From contig JBEKSC010000019.1 in assembly GCA_049517415.1 (NCBI GenBank), forward strand, positions 1 through 55,145: DNA of 55,145 nucleotides, given 5' to 3'. The stretch is from Candidatus Bathyarchaeia archaeon (GTDB lineage: Archaea > Thermoproteota > Bathyarchaeia > 40CM-2-53-6). Positions within the stretch are counted from its first letter, which is position 1. Each line of letters begins with the position of its first letter. Position numbers and translations under genes: made by a program. Below are positions 10,375 through 20,799 of the stretch, one piece after another. A model generated the notes under the pieces. That model saw nothing but the letters and a program-made list of their open reading frames with translations, did not search any database and was not told the origin of the DNA.

Positions 10375-13300
10375 TCAAGGATATGACCTAGGCCGATTCG
10401 ATCTAGAAATGCAAGTACACGCAAGCGGTTCAAGAACGGAAACAAATGCTTGTGACTGAGCTGAGGCCGGGGTCAGCGGAGGATCGCAAACTCCCGTAAT
10501 TCCTTCCGTGGGACACAGTGGGGGATCGGGAGGTAGCACTGGTTGTGATTGGCCCCATGCGACCTGGACGCCGGTCCTCGTTTGCGATTTGTAGAAGGCG
10601 ACGGAGAAGGTAATGTTATAGATTCCTCCGGCAGAAACAGTGCCCCTACACCTGCATACTCCCCATCCAGAGTTGGAATCCATTGAGTGAAGTTCGGGCT
10701 GGTTGCCTGAACCTGTACCCATGAAAGCGGGACCCCCGGACCAGTCGGATCGCTCGTCGCGTACCCTGTGACGAAGGGCGACCCGCCAAAGATTATGCCC
10801 ATAGTTAGAAGGCTGGCCACAATTCCCTCCTCTTGTGAGAGGTCGGTGAAGCTGACAGCCGTCGGGGGCGTAGACTGCATCAAATGAAAATTAAATCCGA
10901 ACTCCGGAACCTGAGTGGTGTAATTTCCGACGTTAAGGCCATAATCAAGGTAGCGAGCACCGTCAGGAGAGACGTAGAAGAAGTGACCTTGACCTAGGAA
11001 ACTTGTTCTACATGGCGGAGGGACGCAGCTGATGTTTTCCCAAGCCCCGAACCCGGAAATTTGTAGCGATAATGTTGGAACGTTGGCGCTTACGTTGGCG
11101 GGAAGCGCGCCTTCCAAGCCTGTTATCCCTGAGGCTTCGGCGATGGCATGATCGTGTTCAGCGATATTCGAGAGCGTATTTGGATCGTTAAAGGGGACGC
11201 CGGTTAGGTCTATATCGTTGGCAATCAGCAACGCAACGGAGGCTTGGGCAAAACTTGCCAGGTCGTTTGGAACGTTCACGGGAAGGCATTGAACGTACCC
11301 TAACGTGAAGGCTTTGATTGAGTACGTTTGATTCGTAACGTGAGTGGGTACGTAACCGTAGAACCAGATTTCGCGCGTGCTCCAGTTCTGACCTGAAAAC
11401 AAGACTGTGAATGAGTTCTGGCCGACACCACCCGGGACTCCCGTAGCCATTACCGTTTCGCTAAAGCCGACGAGAATTCCACTAGAATCATAGTAGTAGA
11501 CTCTAGCGCGGATTGGAATCGGTAGATTCAGGAAACGCCAGCGCTGTGACGATTGAATGGTGCATGTTCCGCTTGTTCCGAACCGGTTGTCAAAAGATCC
11601 GACCCCAGTCTGAAAAACTCCACCCCTGACCATTGGAACTATGATGCTCCCGCCATTACTAACACCGCCCTGCGGTACCGAGAAAGTTGGCGAAGACGCT
11701 TGTTCGTATCCCCGGATGTATATTTGCAAGTAATACTGGCCTTGCGATAGGCCATAGTCCGACTCATCCCACACCCCCGACCTAGTATGATTGGCGTACT
11801 CGCTGAAACCTATCACGTAGAAGCTGAGGGAACTCACATCACCAGACAAGGTTGGCGTAGTCCCATTGACAGCGACCCCCCGTAATGTCCCAGACTGATC
11901 GTACGCCTCAATCAGAATGTTCCCGCCGAAAAGTGGCCCGGTAACGGAACCAAGGCCCAGTTTGTCCATCGCTTGATTTGGCGTTTCAGCTTGGCAGTTT
12001 TGGCAGGGTTCGAGCTTTATCATGCCTGTAATCAGGCTACCCATCAGCATCGTGGACACTTGCCCGGGAACCGCGTTTGTCCCCGGATCCCCACAATTAG
12101 TTGGGATACTGGAACCAGGAGCACTTGAAACTGTAACACTGCGATCCGAGAATTCCTCCACATACCCGGTAACCCAGATGTTGACTGTTAACGTGTAAGG
12201 CCCAGATGAGATGGGTGGCAAACCCGCGTATTCTGTTCCATAGGGATCAGTTCCAACGTAGGTTACGTTCGAACCGGTTGTAATGCTAAAGGAATCACTG
12301 CTCGAATTGCTCGAGGTGCCCACAAAACGATACACATGCCCCTGCGAATCAATTGCTTCAACAGTTATGTTCAAGCTGATCCTCTGATCAGAGCCTGGAC
12401 CAAAAACAGTTTTCAGGTTCGCATTATCACTGAAAGAGTGACCTAAGGGTGTACCTGGCGAAGCGTCATATGAAATGGAGCCGCACACCTGAGGAGCACG
12501 ATTAAGGTTGAGAGTCACGAAAGAAGGATTGCCGTGTGTCACCGAGGTTTCCACAGGATCTGAAAGCGAGTACGCGACTCCGTCGGCGAATCCGGCGGAA
12601 CCTTGCACTTCATAATTGCCGGGCGCCAGTCCCGTCAAGTTGAATCCTCCCGTTGCCTGATTCACGTAAGCTCTTGCAATCTGCCCGGTGTCGACATTTC
12701 TTGCGTAGACGACGCCCTTGTGGTGAAGGATCGGGGGATTATCGCCGTAAGGGCAACTACTCGTAGACGGGCGGTCTGCGTCACAGATAATCCCGTTGAT
12801 AGTACCGGGGTCATCGCTCATGCTTACTGGAACGAAGAGCGTCGTGTTCCATGCGTGAACAAAGTCAGGGTATCCGACGCTATTCGTGCGGTTCGCTACA
12901 AATATAGTGAAATTGTAAATGCCCGCAACACTGGGAGAGTTCAGGTTGCGAAACCTGATAAACTTTGGAGGGGAAAAACATGAGAAGACGTATCGGGTGG
13001 GCGGTGGTATTGCACAATAATCAACATCCTCTGCCGGCGCTTTGTAGTTCGGGTCATTGAGGTAGTTCCAGATCTCAACGCACCAAGGCGCATTTGGATC
13101 CCGCAGCGAGAAGTTGGGTTTGAAGCATGGCCCATCACTCGGCGACCCACGCCAATCATATGTCCAGTGGTTCGATTCGTCTACGACATTGTAATAGTAG
13201 TAATCGTTTCGAATATCGCTCTGAATGAAATGCGTGTCGTTTTCAGTAGATATGACACCTTGCAGGAACTCTCTGGGAATTTCAACGCGAACCGCGATTC

Positions 13301-13532
13301 CAGGCTGGTTTATGTTTACCTGAACGTCACCATAAGTGCCAACGAAAGGCCCCCAATTGGTGGAAGGCGCGATTGTGCCAACATCCGAGACCGTTTGAGC
13401 ATGAACTAAAGGGAGCGTATTGGGCAAGACTCCTTGGAAAATTGCGCTGAGGACTGAAGTGATGACGAGAAAGACGACGAGCGAAACTCTGAGCCATTCT
13501 CTACCTCCTTGATTTGAGGACCGTTTGCCCAT
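10375..13532 (-). CDS. Large secreted, Cys-containing beta-rich surface protein (carboxypeptidase-regulatory-like repeats), with an apparent 1-nt frameshift near 10630
   Basis: N-terminal signal/TM segment, GGFNLTGLAPGNYEV motif; LFLP continues naturally as GGIYNITFSVAFY in the alternative frame ending at 10375. Confidence 0.75.
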
Positions 13533-13593
13533 GCTTCGCGGCTCCGACGACTGGGGCGGATCGATCCTTAGCGAGCGGAAAAAGAACCTCAGG

Positions 13594-14403
13594 TTATTTG
13601 CTCGAGAATCTTGCAGCGGGAAGAGAGTTCCAGACTCGGTCGAAGAGTTGGTCGTGCAAGTCGACGAGAAGCCTATTCGTAGTCCATATTGCCTTGTCGG
13701 CCCCTTGGTCGGTTCGGAGATCTTCGGGCTTCGTCTCTACGACGACCAACTCACGTGAATCGATGGTGACAAAATTCTCTCCGAACGGACTGTCTAGGAT
13801 CTTGAAATCTAATACTTCTGATATTTCTCGAGCCACTCCTGAGTTTTCTGAGGTTGTGGGGGAGAGGATTCGAACGCCTGTTCCCTCCTTGCTGACCTTC
13901 TCTAAAATTTCGCAATGAGCTTTGTAAGCCCGGACTAGGCCAGCTGCGGTTGTGCAGTAGTTGATCGTCTTCGAAGAGTCGCCGAATATTTGGTTCAACT
14001 TGTTGATTATACCCGGTCTTCCCTCAAGTTCCCAGAACTCCTGCGCCTCTTTTGGTATTTCGCGTTTGACGAACTTGTTTGACTCGTATGCCAAGGCGAG
14101 GTCTTGGACGACGACTTCTGCCTCGGTCAGGTCGCGGCTGAGTTTGGTGACTAGGGGCATGAGAACTTCGCCCGGTGAGGATGGGGCGTACGCTTCGGGC
14201 TTCCCTGGAATTATGCCGAGTAGCCCTTTCCGCTCAAGTTCCTTGATTGCGCCGTAGGTCTTAGTTCGGGGAATCTGGCCGAAGAAGCTGAGTTCGCTCG
14301 CTTTGATGGGGCCCATCTTGATTAGCACCAGATAGATCCTGGACTCGTATTCCGTGAGCCCCAGCCGCCGTAACGCGGTGATTTCTCCCTCTTCGACTGA
14401 CAA
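13594..14403 (-). CDS. TrmB family transcriptional regulator
   Basis: LRRLGLTEYESRIY, IPRTKTYGAIKELERKGL. Confidence 0.92.
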   Translation of the reverse strand: MSVEEGEITALRRLGLTEYESRIYLVLIKMGPIKASELSFFGQIPRTKTYGAIKELERKGLLGIIPGKPEAYAPSSPGEVLMPLVTKLSRDLTEAEVVVQDLALAYESNKFVKREIPKEAQEFWELEGRPGIINKLNQIFGDSSKTINYCTTAAGLVRAYKAHCEILEKVSKEGTGVRILSPTTSENSGVAREISEVLDFKILDSPFGENFVTIDSRELVVVETKPEDLRTDQGADKAIWTTNRLLVDLHDQLFDRVWNSLPAARFSSK

Positions 14404-14690
14404 GATGCTGTTTCACTTTTTGCTGAATTATCGACACTTATATGCAAAATCTGCTTCTCCGCTGCCTAAATAGGTACGCGTCGGAGAAGAAGCTGCTGTC
14501 ACCCTTCAATGAAAGTCCATTCTACGCAGAACGGGAAATTTGGCACCAACCTGTTCAGACCTCCATGACTAGAATGTTTCAAGATGCTCCAAAGAAGTCT
14601 AGGTGTGTAAGCATGTTCAGATGCAAGCAATTATCGCAAAAGTACTTGTTAACTGACTGGTGCATCTGCTCATCTAAGGTGTGAATTCGG

Positions 14691-15503
14691 GTGTTGGACA
14701 CTGTGCAGCTCTCGGAGTATGTGTCCGTTGCCATCACCTTACTATTCCTCACGTTCGCTGCGTTTTCAGACCTCAAAACCCGCGAAGTGTCCGACAGAGT
14801 CTGGTTGGTTTATGGGCCGATCGGCCTCGCTCTAACAGTGTACCGGACTTACGCTGAACCATCACTTCTCCTCCTTAGTGCAGCATCCATTGGACTCTCA
14901 GTTCTGATTGCATTCGGTTTGGTACTCTTCGGTTTGTCCGGAGGCGCCGACGCGAAGGCTTTGATGTGCCTTGGCCTAACCTTACCCCTCACCCCAAGCG
15001 TAGTTAGCCCGATTCTCGGTTTTGTTCACCCTTTCTACCCGCTTACCGTCCTCGTAACCGGATATATCTGTTCATTCTCAGTCGCAATCTGGATGCTAGG
15101 AAAAAACACAGTGTCCCTTGCAAGAGGTAAGTTGAACTTGTTCGGAGGACTCGAAAACGAATCGGCGTGGAAGAAAGCTCTGGCATTAGTTACAGGCTAT
15201 CCAACTAGAACCGCACGGTTGAAGTCAACCTTCTACCTATACCCGATGGAAAAGATTGTTGAAGAAGAGCACGGAGCCCGCCGTGCCCTCCAACTTTACT
15301 CGAACGTTGATGTTGACCGAGACCAAGTTGTTTCTGAGTTCATCGAATCGCTTGGAAAAGTTGGTTCGCCCGAGACCGTATGGGTTACCCCAGGATTACC
15401 GATGCTTGTTTTCATACTCTTCGCTATCGTGATAACGTTGATAGTTGGTGACCCGGTCTTCGGCGGGATCTTCTTACTGTTGAAACACCTACTGGTGAAC
15501 TGA
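14691..15503 (+). CDS. pibD: Prepilin/preflagellin peptidase (A24, PibD/FlaK-like)
   Basis: SDLKTREV, GGADAK, VWVTPGLPML. Confidence 0.9.
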   Translation: MLDTVQLSEYVSVAITLLFLTFAAFSDLKTREVSDRVWLVYGPIGLALTVYRTYAEPSLLLLSAASIGLSVLIAFGLVLFGLSGGADAKALMCLGLTLPLTPSVVSPILGFVHPFYPLTVLVTGYICSFSVAIWMLGKNTVSLARGKLNLFGGLENESAWKKALALVTGYPTRTARLKSTFYLYPMEKIVEEEHGARRALQLYSNVDVDRDQVVSEFIESLGKVGSPETVWVTPGLPMLVFILFAIVITLIVGDPVFGGIFLLLKHLLVN

Positions 15504-15584
15504 ACTGGGTGAGGAAGGCTGTTATGGCTAGAAAAACGTAGAGGGCTACGTGGCCGATAAGTGCCCTGGACGATGCAATAGACC

Positions 15585-16112
15585 TTGACGCTGCCGATTG
15601 CACTAACCGTTCTCGCCGGTCTGACGGCTGCCGTCCTAATTTATTTCCTCGTCTTGCTTGCACGGAACGAAGCGGTCTACATTCCGTTGCCGCAAGAAAC
15701 GATTGACAGCATGCTGAAAATGGCCGAGATCGGGCCTGACGACGTGCTGTTTGATTTAGGTAGCGGAGATGGAAGAGTTGTCATCGCCGCAGCCAAGAGA
15801 TATGGAATAAGGGCGGTCGGAATAGAAAAGAGCGGAATGCTCGCCTGGCTAAGCAAGAGAGCTGTCAGAAAGAACAGGTTGGAAAATAGAGTCCATATTG
15901 TGAACGGGGATTTTTTTGAGCAAGATCTATCAGAAGCCACAGTTCTCACCGTCTACCTTTCCAAGAAAATAAACGCCAAGCTCGAATCGAAATTGCGCAG
16001 GGAACTCAAGCAGGGGACAAGAATCTTATCAGCGGATCACACTTTCAATTTTGAGGAAAGAGCCAAAGTCAAGACCGGACACTTTTGGACCCATCTCTAC
16101 ATCTCCACATGA
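15585..16112 (+). CDS. Membrane-anchored class I SAM methyltransferase (FAM173/archaeal KMT-like)
   Basis: N-terminal TM, YIP..E.IDSML, DLGSGDGR. Confidence 0.85.
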   Translation: MTLPIALTVLAGLTAAVLIYFLVLLARNEAVYIPLPQETIDSMLKMAEIGPDDVLFDLGSGDGRVVIAAAKRYGIRAVGIEKSGMLAWLSKRAVRKNRLENRVHIVNGDFFEQDLSEATVLTVYLSKKINAKLESKLRRELKQGTRILSADHTFNFEERAKVKTGHFWTHLYIST

Positions 16113-16218
16113 GTTGAGCATCCCGTGCCGTGTAACGCTGGCCCGAGATTTTTAGCTCGCCTTTTCTTTATCCAAACGGGTCCTTCACTCATTCAGCTTA
16201 CGCTCCACCAAGGAGTCT

Positions 16219-16974
16219 TCATGTCTGGAGGGTTAGCTGGGTTGGCCGGGAGTGGGCGGGCGCACCTAGGCCCAGCCTCTTCAGAGTTGTCAGTAAATCT
16301 CCTTTCCTCACGCCTACAACAAGTACCGCGTTGAGCACGAAGAGACCTAGGGTTCTACCCTCGTAGGCCAGGAATGTTGCTACCGAGCCCAGATTCCCGA
16401 GCGCTAACGTGAATCCTAATTGCTCGACCAAGAAGAATGAGAAACCGATTGTGACGAAGCCTTCGGATGCTCTGTGAGTTAGAGACCAGTTCCGCAGGGT
16501 TTCATACATGAGGTAAATGGTGGCGGCGATGATAACTGCCCTCATGAATAGCTCCGCGCTCAACGCAACTGCATTCACCGCACCTACCGCCTGCGTCACG
16601 AATACGACTCCGAATAGCGCCACAGTGACTAAGATAGCGGCCAGCAGGTCCGCGAGTGTGGACCTGCCGAGTATTCTAAGCCCCGTTCGGCGGGCATAGG
16701 CGAATGCAAGGAATAATACGCCGTAAGCTTGGGTTAGCAGAGTGACGGCGGCCACAGGCAAACCGAGCAATGGTGAACCCAAAACGAGGAATGGCTCAAG
16801 AACCTGAACAGCAAAAGCAATTCCCATCAAACCGAAACCAGCTGGAATAGCGAGCAAATATGGAACCCTTGATTCACGACATGGCCGCGAGGTTAAGACC
16901 ACTAAAGCCGAAGCAGCTATGACAGAAAGTAGGTTGACCGCTGTGAGAACAAGATCTACCGCCAATCTATTCAT
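16219..16974 (-). CDS. Multi-pass (about 7 TM) membrane protein, sensor-domain-like
   Basis: Seven hydrophobic segments, no catalytic motif seen. Confidence 0.7.
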   Translation of the reverse strand: MNRLAVDLVLTAVNLLSVIAASALVVLTSRPCRESRVPYLLAIPAGFGLMGIAFAVQVLEPFLVLGSPLLGLPVAAVTLLTQAYGVLFLAFAYARRTGLRILGRSTLADLLAAILVTVALFGVVFVTQAVGAVNAVALSAELFMRAVIIAATIYLMYETLRNWSLTHRASEGFVTIGFSFFLVEQLGFTLALGNLGSVATFLAYEGRTLGLFVLNAVLVVGVRKGDLLTTLKRLGLGAPAHSRPTQLTLQT

Positions 16975-17016
16975 ACTCCTTGATGATACATTGCGGAAGC
17001 CGGCGATATCCTGAAC

Positions 17017-17616
17017 TTGAGATACGTTGACAGAGCTTTCGGAGGAACACTGGCGGCTCTCATTCTAGGCTCCTTAGCGGGCTCGTTGCTGACCGCTCTC
17101 CTTGCGCCGTTTCGAAGCTTCATGGCGTTCTTACTGAACACGCGGGCTATCATCCCAGTGCGAGCTGCAAGCGCGGTCGGCGACGTCGCGGTCACGCTCC
17201 TCATCTTTGCGAATAATTGCGTACCAGTTGTATTGTCTTTCCTGTACCCTCTGATAATCGCGAAGGTTCGATGGACTCCGCCCCTTCGCGACCAAGCAAG
17301 GAACCAGTTGCTCACGACGTTTTCGTTATTGACCGGGGGTTTGGTTGGGTTCTTCAACCTTGGGGCTACGTTGATGCTCGCGTCGGAGCTTGGAGGGTTG
17401 ACCCTCTTGATCCGTTTGTTGGAGACATCGTGGCTGCACGGCCCGTTGGAGTTCTTTTTCGTTCTCGTCTGCGTCGCAGAACCATCAAGGATTGTGGGGA
17501 GGCGATCTGAGAGTGATGGGATAGTTGGGTCAATGCGAGCGGACATGATACTCCTTCTCATCTCACTAATTGGCCTCCTTGTTTCCGCTTCGATTGAAGT
17601 TTTCGCGGGCGTGTAA
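17017..17616 (+). CDS. SpoIIM/DUF95-like membrane protein
   Basis: IFANN, LHGPLE, SASIEVF. Confidence 0.75.
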   Translation: MRYVDRAFGGTLAALILGSLAGSLLTALLAPFRSFMAFLLNTRAIIPVRAASAVGDVAVTLLIFANNCVPVVLSFLYPLIIAKVRWTPPLRDQARNQLLTTFSLLTGGLVGFFNLGATLMLASELGGLTLLIRLLETSWLHGPLEFFFVLVCVAEPSRIVGRRSESDGIVGSMRADMILLLISLIGLLVSASIEVFAGV

Positions 17617-17669
17617 CATACTTAGCGCGCCAACCGGACTCCGCACGAGTGAAGACCGTCGAAGAAAGG

Positions 17670-17924
17670 TCATTGCTGATCAGCCCCTCGCCTTACGCGT
17701 CTTGTTTGTTGGAGGGCGATTGGTGTGTTGACCCAGAAGATCCATGACTTTGTGGTTTTCTGACCACGAATTGCCCCTTGAAGAACCATTTCCAGAAGAA
17801 TCGCTTTCGTCGACTCCCAGTTCTTTAAGCCCGACTTTACCCGGACGTTTTCAACGTCCATGGGAATCTGTGATTCCTTGAGGACCTCGCTGATCTTTTC
17901 TTTAGCCGAATTTCGGGCCGCCAA
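17670..17924 (-). CDS. Small winged-helix protein
   Basis: Helix-turn-helix followed by a wing (GQKTTKSWIFW). Confidence 0.6.
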   Translation of the reverse strand: MAARNSAKEKISEVLKESQIPMDVENVRVKSGLKNWESTKAILLEMVLQGAIRGQKTTKSWIFWVNTPIALQQTRRVRRGADQQ

Positions 17925-17953
17925 TCTCCATCACGAATCTGGTCTAGACTCTC

Positions 17954-18013
17954 ACGTGGTTTCTCCACAGAGGAAGCTTATGGGCACACCACACCGAAAT
18001 AGAATGATGTAAC
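17954..18013. repeat. Copy 1 of a duplicated ~60-bp non-coding element
   Basis: ACGTGGTTTCTCCAC-N19-ACCACACCGAAATAGAATGATGTAAC. Confidence 0.7.
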
Positions 18014-18170
18014 TCGTAAGCCCCATTTCCAGTGACAGAACAAGCATATCCCCTCCACAAGTAAAGCTCCAAGTACGACACCTGTTCGGTCGTTCGGTTA
18101 GCGGCGGCTATGTTTGACGAAAAATCATATTAACGAAAACAAGCGCGTTAGGTGTCTGCGGGACGACTGA

Positions 18171-18422
18171 ATGGGTTTCTTGAAGCTGAACAGAATTATT
18201 GGGGCGGTCTCCGTGGGCATCATGTCGGGCCTGGCGTTAACCGCTGTCATGATCAGTAACTTTGCTTTACACAGCCAACTCGTGGTTCTGAACATCTACT
18301 CCAACGGAAGTTCGGACTGGACGATGGACGCAACGATTCTTCTCAAATCACTGTTTGGGCTGATGTTTGTAGCGTTCACCCTCGGCCTAGCCCTCGGACT
18401 TCTCGCCACGAGGAAAAAGTAG
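18171..18422 (+). CDS. Small 2-TM membrane protein
   Basis: Two hydrophobic helices, basic C-tail; TATA-like ATATTAA upstream. Confidence 0.65.
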   Translation: MGFLKLNRIIGAVSVGIMSGLALTAVMISNFALHSQLVVLNIYSNGSSDWTMDATILLKSLFGLMFVAFTLGLALGLLATRKK

Positions 18423-18544
18423 GACGACAAGGAACCGAAACATCCCGGACCAGAAACGTCAGCTCACCTAGTTTTCTTCCAAAACTGGCTTACAGCAAAG
18501 ACTGCCAACTTTAAGGCCGACCCAAGATCGTCAGACGAGTGGTA

Positions 18545-18604
18545 ACGTGGATTATCCACTTGACAAGCGGTCCGGCTGACCACGCCGGAATAGAATGACG
18601 TAAC
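18545..18604. repeat. Copy 2 of the duplicated element, in the leader of the pilin gene
   Basis: ACGTGGATTATCCAC-N19-ACCACGCCGGAATAGAATGACGTAAC. Confidence 0.7.
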
Positions 18605-18696
18605 CCCTGATAGGGAAACTCGGTTACAACACAACCATTACCGGCCGCTTAGCATTTGCTAAGCTCGTCAACGCGATGGGGAGGTGAAACATCGAA

Positions 18697-19185
18697 ATGA
18701 TGACCATCATGGGTAAACAATTCAGCAAGCGCGGAGTTTCAGTTATCATAGCATCGCTCCTCCTGATCGCCATCGCCGTAGCAGCCGCCGTGTTGCTCTA
18801 CGTCTTCTCAATTGGATTAATGGGAAGCTTAGGCAGCAGCGGAGGACAACAAACGAAAGACCAAGTAATCATGGAAGCATACGATTGGACTACAGCGGGT
18901 ACGCTTACTCTCAACCTCAAGAACGTTGGCTCTTCGACAGTCAACCTTGCTACCGGAACCCCCGGCGCTGACTACTTTGTGAACGGAGTCGCAATCGCAA
19001 CAGTGGCTATATCTGGCTGCGCTACTCCTAGCGCTGTGGCACCCGGATCTACGACATGCGTTGCGAAGCTAACGCTACCGACATTCACTCCCGCACTCAC
19101 TTCCGGAGCAGCGTATTCAGTTAAGGTGGTATTGCCAGACGGTGGAGTTTTCTCCTACACTGCAATCAACGGACAGGCCAGTTAA
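18697..19185 (+). CDS. Type IV pilin (class III signal peptide), probable major pilin
   Basis: SKRG|VSVIIASLLLIAIAV; strong SD GGAGGTGA; own terminator. Confidence 0.9.
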   Translation: MMTIMGKQFSKRGVSVIIASLLLIAIAVAAAVLLYVFSIGLMGSLGSSGGQQTKDQVIMEAYDWTTAGTLTLNLKNVGSSTVNLATGTPGADYFVNGVAIATVAISGCATPSAVAPGSTTCVAKLTLPTFTPALTSGAAYSVKVVLPDGGVFSYTAINGQAS

Positions 19186-19220
19186 GGAGGACACAAAAAT
19201 CCTCCCCTCTCTTTCTTTTT
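19186..19220 (+). terminator. Putative terminator
   Basis: GGAGG...CCTCC stem followed by a pyrimidine/T tract CTTTCTTTTT. Confidence 0.5.
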
Positions 19221-19353
19221 CAATCCCTTTAACGTAGAGGCGAGCATACACGCTTCAGCTACTGCCTTCCTTGAACAGTCAACGGACAAGTGGCGAAGAC
19301 TATAAATCAACCATAAGGTATCACCATCAGTAATCGGTGACAAGTCGCATAAA

Positions 19354-19968
19354 TTGAAGGAAGAAACCGGTTCTGACGTTTATTATCCTGGAAGCAGGCG
19401 CGAATTAGGGCTTGCTTCACCACAAGTTTCTCATAGTGATAGCACCGTAGGGCCAACAACATCTGCTGATTGCTCACAAAAGTGTGCTCAGAGCCTACAA
19501 AACCCTACAAGAAACCTACATTCTCCAACATCTTCCTACATTCGCAAGCCCGACGATCTGATATCATTACTCGACGCTCAAATCGCAGCCATATCCACCC
19601 AAATAACCCAGACAACTGATCCTACCAGACTTCAAGAACTAATGAAGGCCGAAAGGCTGGTTAGGAGATATAGAAAGAACGAACTCTCATCTCGCCGGCT
19701 CCGCCTACGGCATCTCCGAGACCGGCACAGGCATTCCCCCCGAAAACAAAAATTCCAAGCCGATCCCAACGCGAACCAAATTGATCTCGTGGAACTCCTA
19801 GCGTTCCTACGGCAACTAGCTGATGTAATCTCGAAACTTGGACCGGATAAGCCAACGCCCGACACCCTGCGGCAAGTGACTCCTCCGCAAGCGATGAAAT
19901 CCCCCCTCTTCGACAACAGAGTACTGCCAATCGACCCAACAAAACGTCAGGCCACTAGAAACTGCTAG
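19354..19968 (+). CDS. Hypothetical protein
   Basis: 204-aa ORF with helical and disordered segments; TATAAA upstream. Confidence 0.5.
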   Translation: MKEETGSDVYYPGSRRELGLASPQVSHSDSTVGPTTSADCSQKCAQSLQNPTRNLHSPTSSYIRKPDDLISLLDAQIAAISTQITQTTDPTRLQELMKAERLVRRYRKNELSSRRLRLRHLRDRHRHSPRKQKFQADPNANQIDLVELLAFLRQLADVISKLGPDKPTPDTLRQVTPPQAMKSPLFDNRVLPIDPTKRQATRNC

Positions 19969-19985
19969 GAGGACAGCGGAAACCT

Positions 19986-20219
19986 TTGCCGCGAAAGAGA
20001 AATCAGTTTTTCTCTGTAGGTAAAAGGAACAAGCTCATCGACTGGGTCTTCCACCCCTTAGCCAAGGAAGACCCTCGCTTTTGGTGGGTGGACGGAATAG
20101 TGCATACCCTCAACGAGCAAGATCCCATCTCATCCGTAGAAAAGTTCGTACGCTACAACGTCCCCAAGATGGTCGAACAATACCTCAAAAAGTCCGGTAG
20201 GAAACGGTACAGCCGCTAG
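19986..20219 (+). CDS. Small hypothetical protein
   Basis: 77-aa ORF with GGAGG upstream. Confidence 0.55.
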   Translation: MPRKRNQFFSVGKRNKLIDWVFHPLAKEDPRFWWVDGIVHTLNEQDPISSVEKFVRYNVPKMVEQYLKKSGRKRYSR

Positions 20220-20300
20220 TTCTGCTGGCGAGCACTGAAACTAATGCCGGTTCGTGACTGTTTCGCGCGATTTATCTAACCTGTTTGTAGAGGTCGAGTT

Positions 20301-20474
20301 ATGAAGCCGTTCCAGTGCCCGGAATGCAAAGCCATAATCACAAAAGAAGAGAATGCCAAGCGATTTAACCGCCGACTCCTCTGCCGTGACTGCGCCGAGA
20401 AGCTTGTCTCACGTGTGACACGTTCTTGCGGCACCCTTCGAAAATGCATGCGGAACGAGTTCTGTCACCACTAA
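20301..20474 (+). CDS. Small zinc-finger protein (57 aa; not in the ORF track)
   Basis: MKPFQCPECK...LLCRDCAEK; GAGGT SD. Confidence 0.6.
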   Translation: MKPFQCPECKAIITKEENAKRFNRRLLCRDCAEKLVSRVTRSCGTLRKCMRNEFCHH

Positions 20475-20529
20475 ATCACAACTTAGGGTACACCAAGAAT
20501 ATCCAAAGCAGAAGCTAAACACCCCTGAG

Positions 20530-20775
20530 TTGATTCGGTTGACTTTGAAGATTAGGCCGGTAAAACTGAACAAATCAATCTACGTCAGAGTTCCGAACGA
20601 CATCGCGGATCTGATCGGGGTGGACGGGCAGACAGACGTGACGCTGAGACTTCAGGATGCTGGAGAGGAGTTCTTTCTCATCTACTCAGTTCGTAAGGCG
20701 ATGCAACCCATGCCCAATCAACTCGCTGTAGCTTATGCTGAGCAAAGGGTAGCAAAGGCAACTGGCGGCAATTGA
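20530..20775 (+). CDS. AbrB/MazE-like DNA-binding protein
   Basis: KLNKSIYVRVPNDIADLIGV. Confidence 0.7.
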   Translation: MIRLTLKIRPVKLNKSIYVRVPNDIADLIGVDGQTDVTLRLQDAGEEFFLIYSVRKAMQPMPNQLAVAYAEQRVAKATGGN

Positions 20776-20799
20776 TTTTACAACTGAGCGACGAGACGG

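Noticed and set aside
14442..14776. Short ORFs between trmB and the peptidase
   Set aside because: Probably divergent promoter DNA; no protein features
18570..18630. Hammerhead or twister ribozyme in the pilin leader (CTGATAG...GAAAC)
   Set aside because: The core does not match CUGANGA and the required stems are missing
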